DNA of 39,929 nucleotides from Desulfurococcaceae archaeon (GCA_038824035.1 JAWBBW010000012.1:1-39929), one strand, 5' to 3'; positions 28,465-38,388 are shown, counted from the stretch's first letter. Numbers and translations: made by a program. Notes: generated by a model from the sequence alone, not told the origin.

Positions 28465-30720
28465 ATGAGTGTTGACCTTTCAAGTTGTATCTTGGAATAT
28501 GTAGTCAGCTCTGTTACAAACGTATTAGGCATAGACGAGGAAATAGTCAGAAATATGGTTAAGCAAAGAAAACTAAAGATCTCCCCTACTCCAGAGAGTT
28601 CACTTGGGGATTATGGAATAGCGCTACACCCTTTGCTTAAAGATGTGAATAGATCAGAATGGGGTACTGTCGGAGAGTTGATCAAGGAGAATTTCCTATC
28701 ACTGGCAAGGGATAAATGCTGGGTTGAAGAAGCCAATTTCATTAATGGTTACTTAAACGTGAGGATCAATTACACCGAGTTGTTTAAAAACCTTGTGGAA
28801 AAGATATTGACTGGTAAGGTGGATCAAGAGTTATATTCCACAGGTAAAGGGCTCAAAGTAGTGGTGGAACATACCAGTGCTAATCCTGTTCACCCCCTTC
28901 ACATAGGTAGTGGGAGAAACAGTGTAATAGGTGATGTATATGCAAGGTTACTGAGAAAACTAGGATTTAACGTGGAGACCAGGTTCTATGTAAATGATCT
29001 AGGTAGACAAGTGGCCACATTAGTATATGGAGTGGGGATTGTGAAATCACATGGTATTTGTAGACCTGACGACATAAAAGTAGATCATTGGTATGGCGTA
29101 ATATATGCACTTACAAATATAATAATAGAGTTGGACAGGCTCAGAGACGAGTTATACAACACGCTTACGAGTTTTCGCGATGAACTTGTCAAGATCAAAA
29201 GCATCCTCGAGAATAGCTTGATCAGCGGATTTGATGAAACATTACTTAATTTGTATAATTTAGTAAACAATATCGTTGCGAAAAGTAGATTCAAGCACAA
29301 TATTGTGGAATCGGCAAAAACCATCTATAGGGAGCTCAGGAATATTATACAGAGAGATAAAGACAACGAGACGGCTAGAAAGATATACGAGTTAATAGCC
29401 CCTCGTATAACCAGATTGCGCGAATTAATCCGTGAATATCTCAAATACCTGAGATCGGAGAAAGAGCTGGCCATACACTATCCACATGTGTATAAAGCGC
29501 TGAGATCCGGGATAAAGAGCCATGTCGAAGCCGAAAACTTTATTAGAAACCTAATGGAGCGGGCTGAGAAGGAAGACCCTGAGATAAGGATGCTTTTCAG
29601 GTCAATAGCAGAGGATGTGTTAACGGGTTTCAAGGAAACATTATCGAATCTCGGTATATTTTTCGATGGCTTTGATTTCGAATCTAGCGATGAAATACTT
29701 AGAAAAGCACACCTAATTGTCGAGGAGTTGTTGAGAACTCAATATACCAGGATAATAGATAACGCTGTTGAGGTCAATTTGGATTTGGCAATGGAACATC
29801 ATGAATATATAAGAAACCTGTTTTACCCTGATAGACCTGGGAGATTCATAGTTAGGAGAAGTGATGGGACAACGCTCTATGTTACAAGAGACATTGCGTA
29901 CACCATTTTCAAATTCAAGGAACTCGGTGCTAAAAAGGTTTACAACGTCATAGCGGTTGAACAGTCAAGAGCGCAAAAACAATTAAAGGCATGTCTATAT
30001 ATATTAGGGTACTTGAACGAGGCTGAGAATCTTCATCACTTTTCCTATGAATTTGTTCATTTAAAGGATATGAGGATGAGCGGTAGAAGAGGGGTTTATT
30101 ACTCGATGGATGAGCTATTAGTGGATATGGAGAGATCACTTGTATCGAAATATGTCTCTAAGAACCTCAAAGATACCTCATCCCCCAATTACGGTGAATT
30201 GATAAGGAAACTGGCTGTGTCGAATATACGGGCACTGTTGATATCAGTGGAGCCAGGTAAAGTGTTATCATTTGATCCAAGTAAAATAGGTGAATTTGAA
30301 CATGGAATTACCATAACATATAGCAATGTCAGGGCTCAAAGCATTTTGAGGAAACTATGGGAGCTCGAACCACTTGATGCGCTCAACGATGTCAAGAACA
30401 GGGCATTGGACCTGTTTAGGGAATTCATATCACAACAAACACGATTGGAGTTCTCTGCTAGTGAGAAGAGGCTTATGGAGTTGTTATCACAATATGAGAA
30501 AATCTTAGTAGATGCCTACAATGAAATGAAACCCAATAAAGTATTTGAATACGCCGTGAGCATTTCGCTAGAATTCAACAAATTCTACGAAAAACACTCG
30601 GTTATAGGTGAAAGTGATGAGGTCAAGAGAGCTATTAGAGTATTGTTGACAACCATGGTTTTAATAGTATTAACAGAGCTCATGAATATACTTGGCATGC
30701 CGTTGATAAGGAAATTATAG
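28465..30720 (+). CDS. argS: Arginyl-tRNA synthetase with a long helical insertion
   Basis: GYLN, EHTSANPVHPLHIGS, YVNDLGRQ, RSDGTTLYVTRDIAY, MSGRRG and a DALR-type C-terminus. Confidence 0.95.
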   Translation: MSVDLSSCILEYVVSSVTNVLGIDEEIVRNMVKQRKLKISPTPESSLGDYGIALHPLLKDVNRSEWGTVGELIKENFLSLARDKCWVEEANFINGYLNVRINYTELFKNLVEKILTGKVDQELYSTGKGLKVVVEHTSANPVHPLHIGSGRNSVIGDVYARLLRKLGFNVETRFYVNDLGRQVATLVYGVGIVKSHGICRPDDIKVDHWYGVIYALTNIIIELDRLRDELYNTLTSFRDELVKIKSILENSLISGFDETLLNLYNLVNNIVAKSRFKHNIVESAKTIYRELRNIIQRDKDNETARKIYELIAPRITRLRELIREYLKYLRSEKELAIHYPHVYKALRSGIKSHVEAENFIRNLMERAEKEDPEIRMLFRSIAEDVLTGFKETLSNLGIFFDGFDFESSDEILRKAHLIVEELLRTQYTRIIDNAVEVNLDLAMEHHEYIRNLFYPDRPGRFIVRRSDGTTLYVTRDIAYTIFKFKELGAKKVYNVIAVEQSRAQKQLKACLYILGYLNEAENLHHFSYEFVHLKDMRMSGRRGVYYSMDELLVDMERSLVSKYVSKNLKDTSSPNYGELIRKLAVSNIRALLISVEPGKVLSFDPSKIGEFEHGITITYSNVRAQSILRKLWELEPLDALNDVKNRALDLFREFISQQTRLEFSASEKRLMELLSQYEKILVDAYNEMKPNKVFEYAVSISLEFNKFYEKHSVIGESDEVKRAIRVLLTTMVLIVLTELMNILGMPLIRKL

Positions 30721-30723
30721 GTC

Positions 30724-31590
30724 ATGGATTTGTCCAGGATAAGCCCCAGGTTTATCAACTTATTGTTATTACCATTAATATGGCTGTCTATAAGTTCATC
30801 GAGTATTTTCGTGGTCATATCTCGAGCACCTGGAGAGATCTGCGCCTTTTGGAGACTAGCATTCACGTTGCTGATATTATTGCCATTGTGGATGAGATCT
30901 CGTGGCCCTATAAGGATATACCACGTTATCTCAGGCGTTTCATTGGCAATGCACTTCATATGTTGGATGCAGAGCTTATTCTTAATCCCTGTCTATACGA
31001 GTACATTGCTCGTGAGCACATATCCCATTTACGCACTCTTCATAGATATGTATTTCCACAAATATAGGCCAACGATCATGCACATTATTGGATTAATAGG
31101 GACATTTGCTTCGTTAGCTATTTTCCTAGATGTAAATCAACTCTTCTTTGACACGGGTACTTTACTTGCATTACTAGGGGGAGTTTTTGGCGCGATATAT
31201 TTTGAACTGGGTAGTTATGCGAGACAACGTCTCGGCGAGAACACTGTATCGTATTCCTTCCCTACATACCTTATAGCTATGGTCTCCTCATTGATATATA
31301 ACTTGATATTCTCAAATGATCTACTTCATTATCCGCCATATACATTTCTATGCTTTTTACTCATGGCACTTATACCAATGATGCTGGGCCATACCATGAT
31401 CAACTATTTGCTACGGTCATTCAGGGCATCTGTTATCACAGCGTTATTACTGGGAGAACCATTTGGATCGGGGCTTCTTGCACACGTTTTCCTTGACCAA
31501 TCATTGACATTGCTTAATATACTGATAGGTCTTTGTATAATGTTTTTCATAGGATTAATATTATTCGGAAAAGATAGAGATCATGTGTAG
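30724..31590 (+). CDS. EamA/DMT family transporter
   Basis: About 10 TM segments with AFWRL, LAMHFICW..SL, LGHT..NY and LGEP. Confidence 0.88.
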   Translation: MDLSRISPRFINLLLLPLIWLSISSSSIFVVISRAPGEICAFWRLAFTLLILLPLWMRSRGPIRIYHVISGVSLAMHFICWMQSLFLIPVYTSTLLVSTYPIYALFIDMYFHKYRPTIMHIIGLIGTFASLAIFLDVNQLFFDTGTLLALLGGVFGAIYFELGSYARQRLGENTVSYSFPTYLIAMVSSLIYNLIFSNDLLHYPPYTFLCFLLMALIPMMLGHTMINYLLRSFRASVITALLLGEPFGSGLLAHVFLDQSLTLLNILIGLCIMFFIGLILFGKDRDHV

Positions 31591-31591
31591 A

Positions 31592-31650
31592 TCAGAGGGT
31601 AACCGCTTCTTCATCCACGAGGTCTATATCCCCGAAAATCACATCATCAC
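31592..31650 (-). ncRNA. C/D box methylation-guide sRNA (candidate 3)
   Basis: Minus strand: C GTGATGA (31650-44), guide TGTGATTTTCGGGGATA, degenerate D' TAGA, C' TGGATGA (31617-11), guide AGAAGCGGTTACCCT, D CTGA (31595-92). Confidence 0.7.
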
Positions 31651-31722
31651 TAGTTATTTAGATATTCAAGCAATGGTTTTTATTCCTCATTGATATATAC
31701 ATGTTGATATTAATGTTCTCTG

Positions 31723-32976
31723 GTGCTCGAAGTGAGTTATGATAAAAAGCTGATATCGCTTAGCAGTGTTGATGAATGTGTATGGAAACTAGTTGATGTA
31801 CTTAACAGAACCATCGAGCTCTCGATAGAGATCGTGCCCATTAAATACGCGCTAGATAGGGTTATGGCAGAAGATGTTTATGCTGTTTTAGATAAACCAT
31901 GTAGGGATTCCAGCGCGGTGGATGGATATGCCCTGTACTCGGATGATACAATTGGTGCTTCGCATTACAACCCAGTGGAATTAACTATAGTGGGGTATCA
32001 TAGGCCTGGCAAACCAGTTGAGGAATGTTTGACACGTGGCACGGCGATAAGGGTTCATACAGGGAGTTTCATTCCATGTGGTGCTAATGCAGTGGTTATG
32101 GACGAAGACGTTGTTATTAAAGGTGATAAAATACTGGTATCGAGGCCCATATCTCCAGGTAGTAATATATTGAAGAGGGGAGAGGATTTCAGAAAAGGGG
32201 ATATAGTGGCATCCAAGGGTTCTATCGTCACGCCCTTTATTATGGCATCGATAGCCGCTAATGGGATATCATCAGTTAAGGTCTACAGGAAAATACGGGT
32301 ATCAATAATATCTATAGGCGACGAGATCGTGGAACCAGGTTCCAATTGTGAGAATTGTGTGAAAACATATAATTCAACCACATATTTGCTTAGTGCGCTT
32401 ATGTCACGAGATAGAATATTCGAGATCGTATACCAAGGGATCTCCCCGGATAACGTGGACGAGGTATTCGATCTAATCAATAAAATACAAAGCAACACTG
32501 ACATAGTAATTACGACTGGCGGTACTGGCATCAGCGAATCCGATATAATCTACGACTTGGTTAAGAGATATGGCAAATGGATATTTCGCGGGGTTAAAAT
32601 GAGGCCTGGTAGACCTACTAGTTGTTCGCTTATAAACAATATACCCATTATACATCTCTCTGGGTTCCCTGTGGCGGCCTGGGCTGGTTATGAGGCGATA
32701 GTGAGACCGGCGATATTCAGGTGGCTTGGTGTAAAGGGCTTAGAGAGAGTGATCATATATTCGAGGTTGAAAAGAAGGGTTCCCAACAACGTTGGCTACA
32801 GGTCATTCATAAGAGTTTCGCTGGAAAGGGTTAATAATGAGTATTTAGCTGAGCCATACATGCTGAGAGGTAGTGGCATTCTCTCAAGTCTTCTGAGGAC
32901 AGAGGGGTATATAGTAATACCAGAGGATGTGGAAGGATATGAAAAAGACTCCATTGTACCTGTTTATTTATATTAA
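31723..32976 (+). CDS. moeA: Molybdopterin molybdo/tungstotransferase MoeA
   Basis: SAVDGYA, TG..IPCGANAVVMDE, GED, GDEI, TTGGTG, MRPGRP, LSGFP and GSGILSSL. Confidence 0.95.
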   Translation: MLEVSYDKKLISLSSVDECVWKLVDVLNRTIELSIEIVPIKYALDRVMAEDVYAVLDKPCRDSSAVDGYALYSDDTIGASHYNPVELTIVGYHRPGKPVEECLTRGTAIRVHTGSFIPCGANAVVMDEDVVIKGDKILVSRPISPGSNILKRGEDFRKGDIVASKGSIVTPFIMASIAANGISSVKVYRKIRVSIISIGDEIVEPGSNCENCVKTYNSTTYLLSALMSRDRIFEIVYQGISPDNVDEVFDLINKIQSNTDIVITTGGTGISESDIIYDLVKRYGKWIFRGVKMRPGRPTSCSLINNIPIIHLSGFPVAAWAGYEAIVRPAIFRWLGVKGLERVIIYSRLKRRVPNNVGYRSFIRVSLERVNNEYLAEPYMLRGSGILSSLLRTEGYIVIPEDVEGYEKDSIVPVYLY

Positions 32977-33065
32977 TTAAGCTGTTCGCCATATACGACA
33001 ACGCGATTAGATATTTCTTGCATTGAATGCGTTTTGTACATACAGGACCTCAGTGGTGGACCCGT

Positions 33066-34085
33066 ATGATGGGGAACGATCAATATGATTTAAGCGAAGA
33101 AGAAATAGTAGACCTGATAGCTAGGAACATTGTGTCTAAACCCGGTGTAACAGAGCATTTGTCGTATCCCGAAGACGCCCGTGACCTATTGCCACGGGCG
33201 CCTCGCATACTATTTTCCCTGGATGCCTATAGCATTAGCTCATTGAAATTGCCATGGAGGAACTATAATGATGTTGGCTGGTCAGCCCTAACAGGCGCTA
33301 TTAGCGATGTTATCGCGAAAGGGGGGACACCATATGCCTGTATGGTGGGCCTTGGAATTAGAAAAGAAATGTGGAGAGAAACATTACTAGATATGATCAT
33401 GGGATTAAAAGAGGCATCCGATTTCTACAACGTTCATATATTCGGCGGTGATACAAATATTAGCAATGACCCATGGATAGCCATTTCTGTAATAGGCTTT
33501 ACAACTGCCAAAAAGCCTCCTTCGAGAAATGGCCTGAAACCAGGTGATCACATAGTTGTCACGGGCATTTATGGTGCAATGGGTTATGTAGCTATACATG
33601 GATTCGAGAAGTCGATTCCTCAAAAATGGGTAATAGAGTTAACGAAAAGGCCAAGAACGTTCAGTGAGGTGGCCAATGTCATATCCAACAATTACAAGGG
33701 GGTTTCAGCATCAATGGATGTCAGTGATGGCCTAGGCTATACACTCGAAACCATGAGTAAACTAAGTGGTTATGGCATAGATCTGTTCAATCCACCGAAA
33801 AGGCCTATGGAATTAGACGATATATGCGCTCACGATCTACACTGCATATGGGAATATGTTCTAGTGGGGGGTGAAGAATATGGAGTTGTAATGGGTATTC
33901 GTGAAAAGTGGCTCGAAAAGGTAACACGCGATCTAGACTATTTCAAAGTGCCTTATTCTATCATAGGTAAAGTTAAAGAAGCCCCTCCAGGAGTTTACAT
34001 CAATGGCGTACGTTTCAAGATCAAAAGATATGATCAATTCAGGGGATGGGCTGAGACACGTGTTCACATGGATAATAGAGGGTAA
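33066..34085 (+). CDS. thiL: Thiamine-monophosphate kinase (PurM/AIRS fold)
   Basis: EDA, ISDVIAKGGTP, GGDTN, KPGDHIVVTG, SMDVSDGL and GGEEY. Start placed after the GGTGG SD (the ORF track gives 33027). Confidence 0.88.
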   Translation: MMGNDQYDLSEEEIVDLIARNIVSKPGVTEHLSYPEDARDLLPRAPRILFSLDAYSISSLKLPWRNYNDVGWSALTGAISDVIAKGGTPYACMVGLGIRKEMWRETLLDMIMGLKEASDFYNVHIFGGDTNISNDPWIAISVIGFTTAKKPPSRNGLKPGDHIVVTGIYGAMGYVAIHGFEKSIPQKWVIELTKRPRTFSEVANVISNNYKGVSASMDVSDGLGYTLETMSKLSGYGIDLFNPPKRPMELDDICAHDLHCIWEYVLVGGEEYGVVMGIREKWLEKVTRDLDYFKVPYSIIGKVKEAPPGVYINGVRFKIKRYDQFRGWAETRVHMDNRG

Positions 34086-34953
34086 ATTGGCGCAATCACC
34101 TTTGCCCTCAATTTATGAGTTAGAAAACATTATACCCAAGACTTTTACGGGCATGATATCACTGACAAACTGGGGGGAGACCCCTGCTTGGCTATCTCAT
34201 AAAGTAAGATCAATAGGTTTAGAGTACCTTCATTTACCCACTCCTGATCATTATCCAGTAGAGTTGATCGATCTGATCAGGGCGGTATTCTTTATCAAAA
34301 GACACGTGGAAAGAGGAGGCTCCGTTATAGTTCATTGTATGGGCGGGGTAGGAAGAAGCGGCATGGTAACAGTAGCATTTCTTATTTCAACTGGTAAAAA
34401 CTTATATGAAGCACTTAGATACGTTAGATCAAAAGTTCCGGGTTCGGTTGAAAATACATGGCAACATAGAATGCTAGAAAACTTCGAGTTATTTATAAAC
34501 AATGTAGGACTTACCATGATGCAGAAATACCTTGACACACTCCTCAATAGCATTAGAGAAGAGAATGAAGTAAGACATGTTTTTAAAACAATACAAATGG
34601 TAATAGAGTTATACAATTGGTTAAGTCCATCAACGACATCGATCCTAGATGAATTGAAGAACGCAATGTTACATGTTCACGATGATCATATATCTAAAAA
34701 ATTGGAGAACATAGTTAATCCCAGTGATAAACCAAGCATACTAGTTGATGTGGCACATTCCCTTGATTATAAATTGGATTCAAGAGTGGTTACAACGGAC
34801 CTCGTCGAGAATGATAAAAAAACGATACTGCTACTTTGCAGGGATTTCTGCGAAGATATAGTGAGAGAAACCAGTAGATCTTACGAGAATATCTCAGGGT
34901 ATTTTGAAAATAAAATTAGGTTTTCCTGGGATGATTTCATGAACTATGTATAA
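34003..34953 (+). CDS. Dual-specificity/PTP phosphatase with a ~150-aa C-terminal extension
   Basis: W....LAQSPLP, HLPTPD, the CX5R signature VHCMGGVGRS and VR..VPGSVE..Q. The true start is probably GTG 34060. Confidence 0.88.
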   Translation: MAYVSRSKDMINSGDGLRHVFTWIIEGKLAQSPLPSIYELENIIPKTFTGMISLTNWGETPAWLSHKVRSIGLEYLHLPTPDHYPVELIDLIRAVFFIKRHVERGGSVIVHCMGGVGRSGMVTVAFLISTGKNLYEALRYVRSKVPGSVENTWQHRMLENFELFINNVGLTMMQKYLDTLLNSIREENEVRHVFKTIQMVIELYNWLSPSTTSILDELKNAMLHVHDDHISKKLENIVNPSDKPSILVDVAHSLDYKLDSRVVTTDLVENDKKTILLLCRDFCEDIVRETSRSYENISGYFENKIRFSWDDFMNYV

Positions 34954-35028
34954 TCCGTGTCCTATGGTTTTTAAACACCGATTTTATGGAATATTAGGTA
35001 TTAGGTTAAGCCACACGGTAATATCACC

Positions 35029-36216
35029 ATGGATGTGCTAATGTTATCCCTGATCATGGCGACGATCAACACAATGGATTTGGTTACGAATATATTCGGC
35101 GTCATAGTTGCAGGTATGGGCCCGGTGGAATTGGGCATTATGAACGCCCTGTGGACAGTGGCGTTCATTTTCGCGATAAGAGTTGCGAATAAATTAGCTG
35201 ATAAGGGGGAGATACGCGCTCAGTTGATCATTGCATTGTCCTCATTCATTCTCATGAACATCTTCATGCTAGTGTTCTTGTACTTAAAGGACCCATGGAT
35301 ACTCATATACACATATATGGTTCATGCACTAGTATTTTCATTTGCTAGAACAGGTATATCGTCCTATATTCATGAAAACTATAACAGCTATGAATGGAAT
35401 AAAATTCTTTCGAGGCGGATAAAGTTCACAATGTTGATAGAGGCTATATATTTTGCGATCATATCATTGATCGGAATAAATGTGTTGATCAAATCGTATA
35501 TCTTCTTTTCATTGTTTAATACCTTATTGTTCTTCACGTTACTATTATCTATACGCGAGCCGGTTCTTAAAATAGAGCGATTAATGTATAGCCTTGAGGG
35601 GAAGTTAAGCGATATACTCGCGAGGCTTAATTATTTCCTCATGTTATCAAGTATCCAGGTCGAAGGATTAATACCAAGAAGTTTCCGCCTATATAATCTT
35701 AGAACAATAGGAATGGGTTTAATAATAACAAGTCTACTTGCCTTCAGAATAAGTAATGAGTATCTGCTAACACCTTTCCCTTTCTACTTGAATAGAGTTC
35801 TTCATATAAGCCCTGATAACATGGTATTGATATATGGAGCTGGTAGATTAATAGCTGCACTGTTCCTGTTCATCTTGTCTACACATGTGAGTCCCATAAT
35901 ATATTTATCATCGTTAGCGATACGCATTTTAGCAATCTTCTTGTTCTTGATAAAACGAGATCTCGTGGTAATAGGCCTAGCACTCGGCTTGATATATTTC
36001 ACCAATAACTCAATAGACCTTGCAATGTATTTGACATATGTTAGGAAAACCGGTGGATATGGCATAGGGATGTATTTATTGCTCGGCGAGATCGGGAGTT
36101 TAATAGGCACCCTTACCTCGGGATTAATATTCAATGGTATCGGGTTACAAGGATTCTTCATACTGATAATGGCTTTATCCATGCTATGCATGTTCATAGT
36201 AAGAGCTCTTGGGTGA
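35029..36216 (+). CDS. MFS-like membrane transporter
   Basis: About 12 hydrophobic segments in two halves, a KLADKG loop motif and GSLIGTLTSGLI. Confidence 0.65.
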   Translation: MDVLMLSLIMATINTMDLVTNIFGVIVAGMGPVELGIMNALWTVAFIFAIRVANKLADKGEIRAQLIIALSSFILMNIFMLVFLYLKDPWILIYTYMVHALVFSFARTGISSYIHENYNSYEWNKILSRRIKFTMLIEAIYFAIISLIGINVLIKSYIFFSLFNTLLFFTLLLSIREPVLKIERLMYSLEGKLSDILARLNYFLMLSSIQVEGLIPRSFRLYNLRTIGMGLIITSLLAFRISNEYLLTPFPFYLNRVLHISPDNMVLIYGAGRLIAALFLFILSTHVSPIIYLSSLAIRILAIFLFLIKRDLVVIGLALGLIYFTNNSIDLAMYLTYVRKTGGYGIGMYLLLGEIGSLIGTLTSGLIFNGIGLQGFFILIMALSMLCMFIVRALG

Positions 36217-36342
36217 AAGGCATTTTCGCATAAACTTCCTTATATTTGTCATCAGGTCCTCTCACTACAGTGCACCTTGGAGAGTATTTGGATGTAGTAT
36301 TTAGAAATGTTAAGTATAATAAATATAATAAATTAGGATAGG

Positions 36343-36413
36343 TCAGAGCCCGCTTTATTGAGTTGTCAATTCATCGTGATCATTACTCTATCTCCCGGGT
36401 TCCTCGTCATCCC
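36343..36413 (-). ncRNA. C/D box sRNA with long guide regions (candidate 4)
   Basis: Minus strand: GGGATGA/ATGACGA C box, GGAACCCGGGAGATAGAGTA, D' ATGA (36383-80), C' ACGATGA (36377-71), 24 nt, D CTGA (36346-43). Confidence 0.55.
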
Positions 36414-36415
36414 AT

Positions 36416-37126
36416 TTAAAATAGTTTCTTTGACCCATATATAACCCTTCTCAATACTTTAAAGATCTTTATAAACAAGTCAAGAAAGGACCTGGAGATC
36501 GTGTTGAATAAATATTCGATCGCTCTCCAGAAACCATGTTCTTTGTACACATTTCCCAGCTTCACTAAGTCTATTGAGCCGATTACATACATCAAGATAG
36601 CTGTTGCTATGACCATTAAGGGCACGTAAACCACAGGTGGTAGATCCGCATAATCTCTTACGAGGTATACGAATGTCTTGCCATATATGGCAGTGAGAAT
36701 AGTTATGATTAACTTACCAGCAAACAGGGCTATAAAGAATAGGACGACGTTGTACCTGGCAACACCAATGGGTATATAAACAACATCATCGGGTAATGGT
36801 AATGCAGCGGTCATGAATATTACTAAGAACGTTGCAGCGGGGTGTTGTCGTGATATATGATGCAGACGGTCATGATATGTAGATAGGCGACGTATCATGC
36901 TGAATCCTCTGCCAATGAAATATATTATGAGTTTCCCCATACTTGCCCCCAATGCCGAAAACAAAATTGCCAAGTACAGGTCAGGTGGCTTTAACATGGC
37001 GAACAAGGGAGCGAACCATAAGAGGTATGGTATAGTTGAATATGGTATAGCGTTTGAAATAAGCGAGACAGTGAAGAACCATGTTAAACTGATGTATCTA
37101 GGTACCTCGAAGATCATAGCTGTCAC
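36416..37126 (-). CDS. DedA/VTT (SNARE-associated) family membrane protein
   Basis: SNAIPY, SALGASMGKLIIYFIGR, AALPLPDD..YIPIG and AGK. Confidence 0.85.
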   Translation of the reverse strand: MTAMIFEVPRYISLTWFFTVSLISNAIPYSTIPYLLWFAPLFAMLKPPDLYLAILFSALGASMGKLIIYFIGRGFSMIRRLSTYHDRLHHISRQHPAATFLVIFMTAALPLPDDVVYIPIGVARYNVVLFFIALFAGKLIITILTAIYGKTFVYLVRDYADLPPVVYVPLMVIATAILMYVIGSIDLVKLGNVYKEHGFWRAIEYLFNTISRSFLDLFIKIFKVLRRVIYGSKKLF

Positions 37127-37379
37127 CGGTCTCCTCTCTTTTTGATTCCCATGTTAATATTATCCCAGGCTCTATTTGTATATCTGCAAATACATTTATT
37201 GATTCCATAAATATCTTTATAAACCCTATGTATAATGCATATATCTTTAAAAATACCTCTTGGAATAATAGCGGGCCTCATACCATAGGGCCTTTTTAAC
37301 TAGGCTTTTTATGTAACCCCTTTATTAATATTTGCATTAATGATTAAGCCATGATCTCTTTAAAACAAAATAATCTAGT

Positions 37380-38369
37380 TCATATTTGTAAGGATTTTTC
37401 AATAATATCCTTGATCTTGGCGGAGAGTTCTGGTGATAGGAGGTTTAACTGGTACTTGAACACACAGGATTTGCAAATAATATTGGATGCTGGTTCACCA
37501 CATATCGCACATGTTTCGTATTTCTCGCTTTTAGATCCCACACACATGTTGCACTGGTTTATTATTTGTAAAAGGCTTTTCAAAAGCCCATATTTCGAGC
37601 CAGGATATTTATCCTCTAATTCGTTCACCAATCTTCTGATCAAGAATCTTATATTGTACTTAGCATATGGGCATTGAACATATTCTGGTTCGATCAAATT
37701 GTTAGACAACGCGTATAGCGCACTTTCCTTTTCAAGGACCTCGTAGAACGGCTTAACCCTCTTTATAAATGATCCTTCTTTTCTAACGGGTGTTAACCTC
37801 ATAATTCTATCTAGGCTGTTGTTAATGAGGTTCATTAAATATGTCTGTACAACATCATCTAGATTATGCGCTGTCGCGATCACGGTGGCGTCGATTTCTT
37901 TTGCGACAGTATTTATCACGTTTCTACGAAATACGCCACAATAGCTACATGGCTGATATGGCAGATTTCTACCTCTGCCCTTATCGACTATATCATCTAG
38001 GCTCATACCTATATAGTCGCGGAAACTCGCTATGATGAATTTTATCCCTCGTTCATTGGCATATTTAACCAAGTTCTTTATTGTTCTTTCCCTATACCCC
38101 TTTATACCCTCGTCGACTAGCACTGCCGTTATCTCCCATGATGGGTTCTTTTTCGATAATTTCCATAATATGTGGAGAAGACTCATCGAGTCCTTACCGC
38201 CACTTGTCGCTACGAGTATGTGTTCCTTCTTGCCGAACATATTATATTTCCTAATTGTCTTCCTAACTTTTCTCTCGAAATAATCTATGAAATGTTGTCT
38301 GCAATAAGCAATACCGCTTACTTTATTTATATACATGGCTGGTTTGCCACACATAGTGCAATTAACCAT
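37380..38369 (-). CDS. tRNA 2-thiouridine synthesis protein (TtuA/NcsA/Ncs6 family)
   Basis: N- and C-terminal Zn fingers, PP-loop SGGKDS, VDEGIKGYR, CSYCGVFRR, ATAHNLDD and CPYA. Confidence 0.93.
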   Translation of the reverse strand: MVNCTMCGKPAMYINKVSGIAYCRQHFIDYFERKVRKTIRKYNMFGKKEHILVATSGGKDSMSLLHILWKLSKKNPSWEITAVLVDEGIKGYRERTIKNLVKYANERGIKFIIASFRDYIGMSLDDIVDKGRGRNLPYQPCSYCGVFRRNVINTVAKEIDATVIATAHNLDDVVQTYLMNLINNSLDRIMRLTPVRKEGSFIKRVKPFYEVLEKESALYALSNNLIEPEYVQCPYAKYNIRFLIRRLVNELEDKYPGSKYGLLKSLLQIINQCNMCVGSKSEKYETCAICGEPASNIICKSCVFKYQLNLLSPELSAKIKDIIEKSLQI

Positions 38370-38388
38370 GGTGTCCGCCTGGTCATGG

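Noticed and set aside
29130-29460. ArgRS insertion as an intein
   Set aside because: It lacks N-terminal Cys/Ser and C-terminal His-Asn splice motifs and looks all-helical.
36217-36340. Weak hairpin (CTCTC...GAGAG) and a CTGATGA word between the MFS gene and sRNA candidate 4
   Set aside because: The pairing is short and the box set incomplete, so there is not enough to call an RNA.
37124-37282. Minus-strand ~52-codon ORF (MRPAIIPRGIFKDIC...) in the ttuA-dedA spacer
   Set aside because: It has no recognisable family and no clear SD. A second frame is similarly open, which is consistent with chance.
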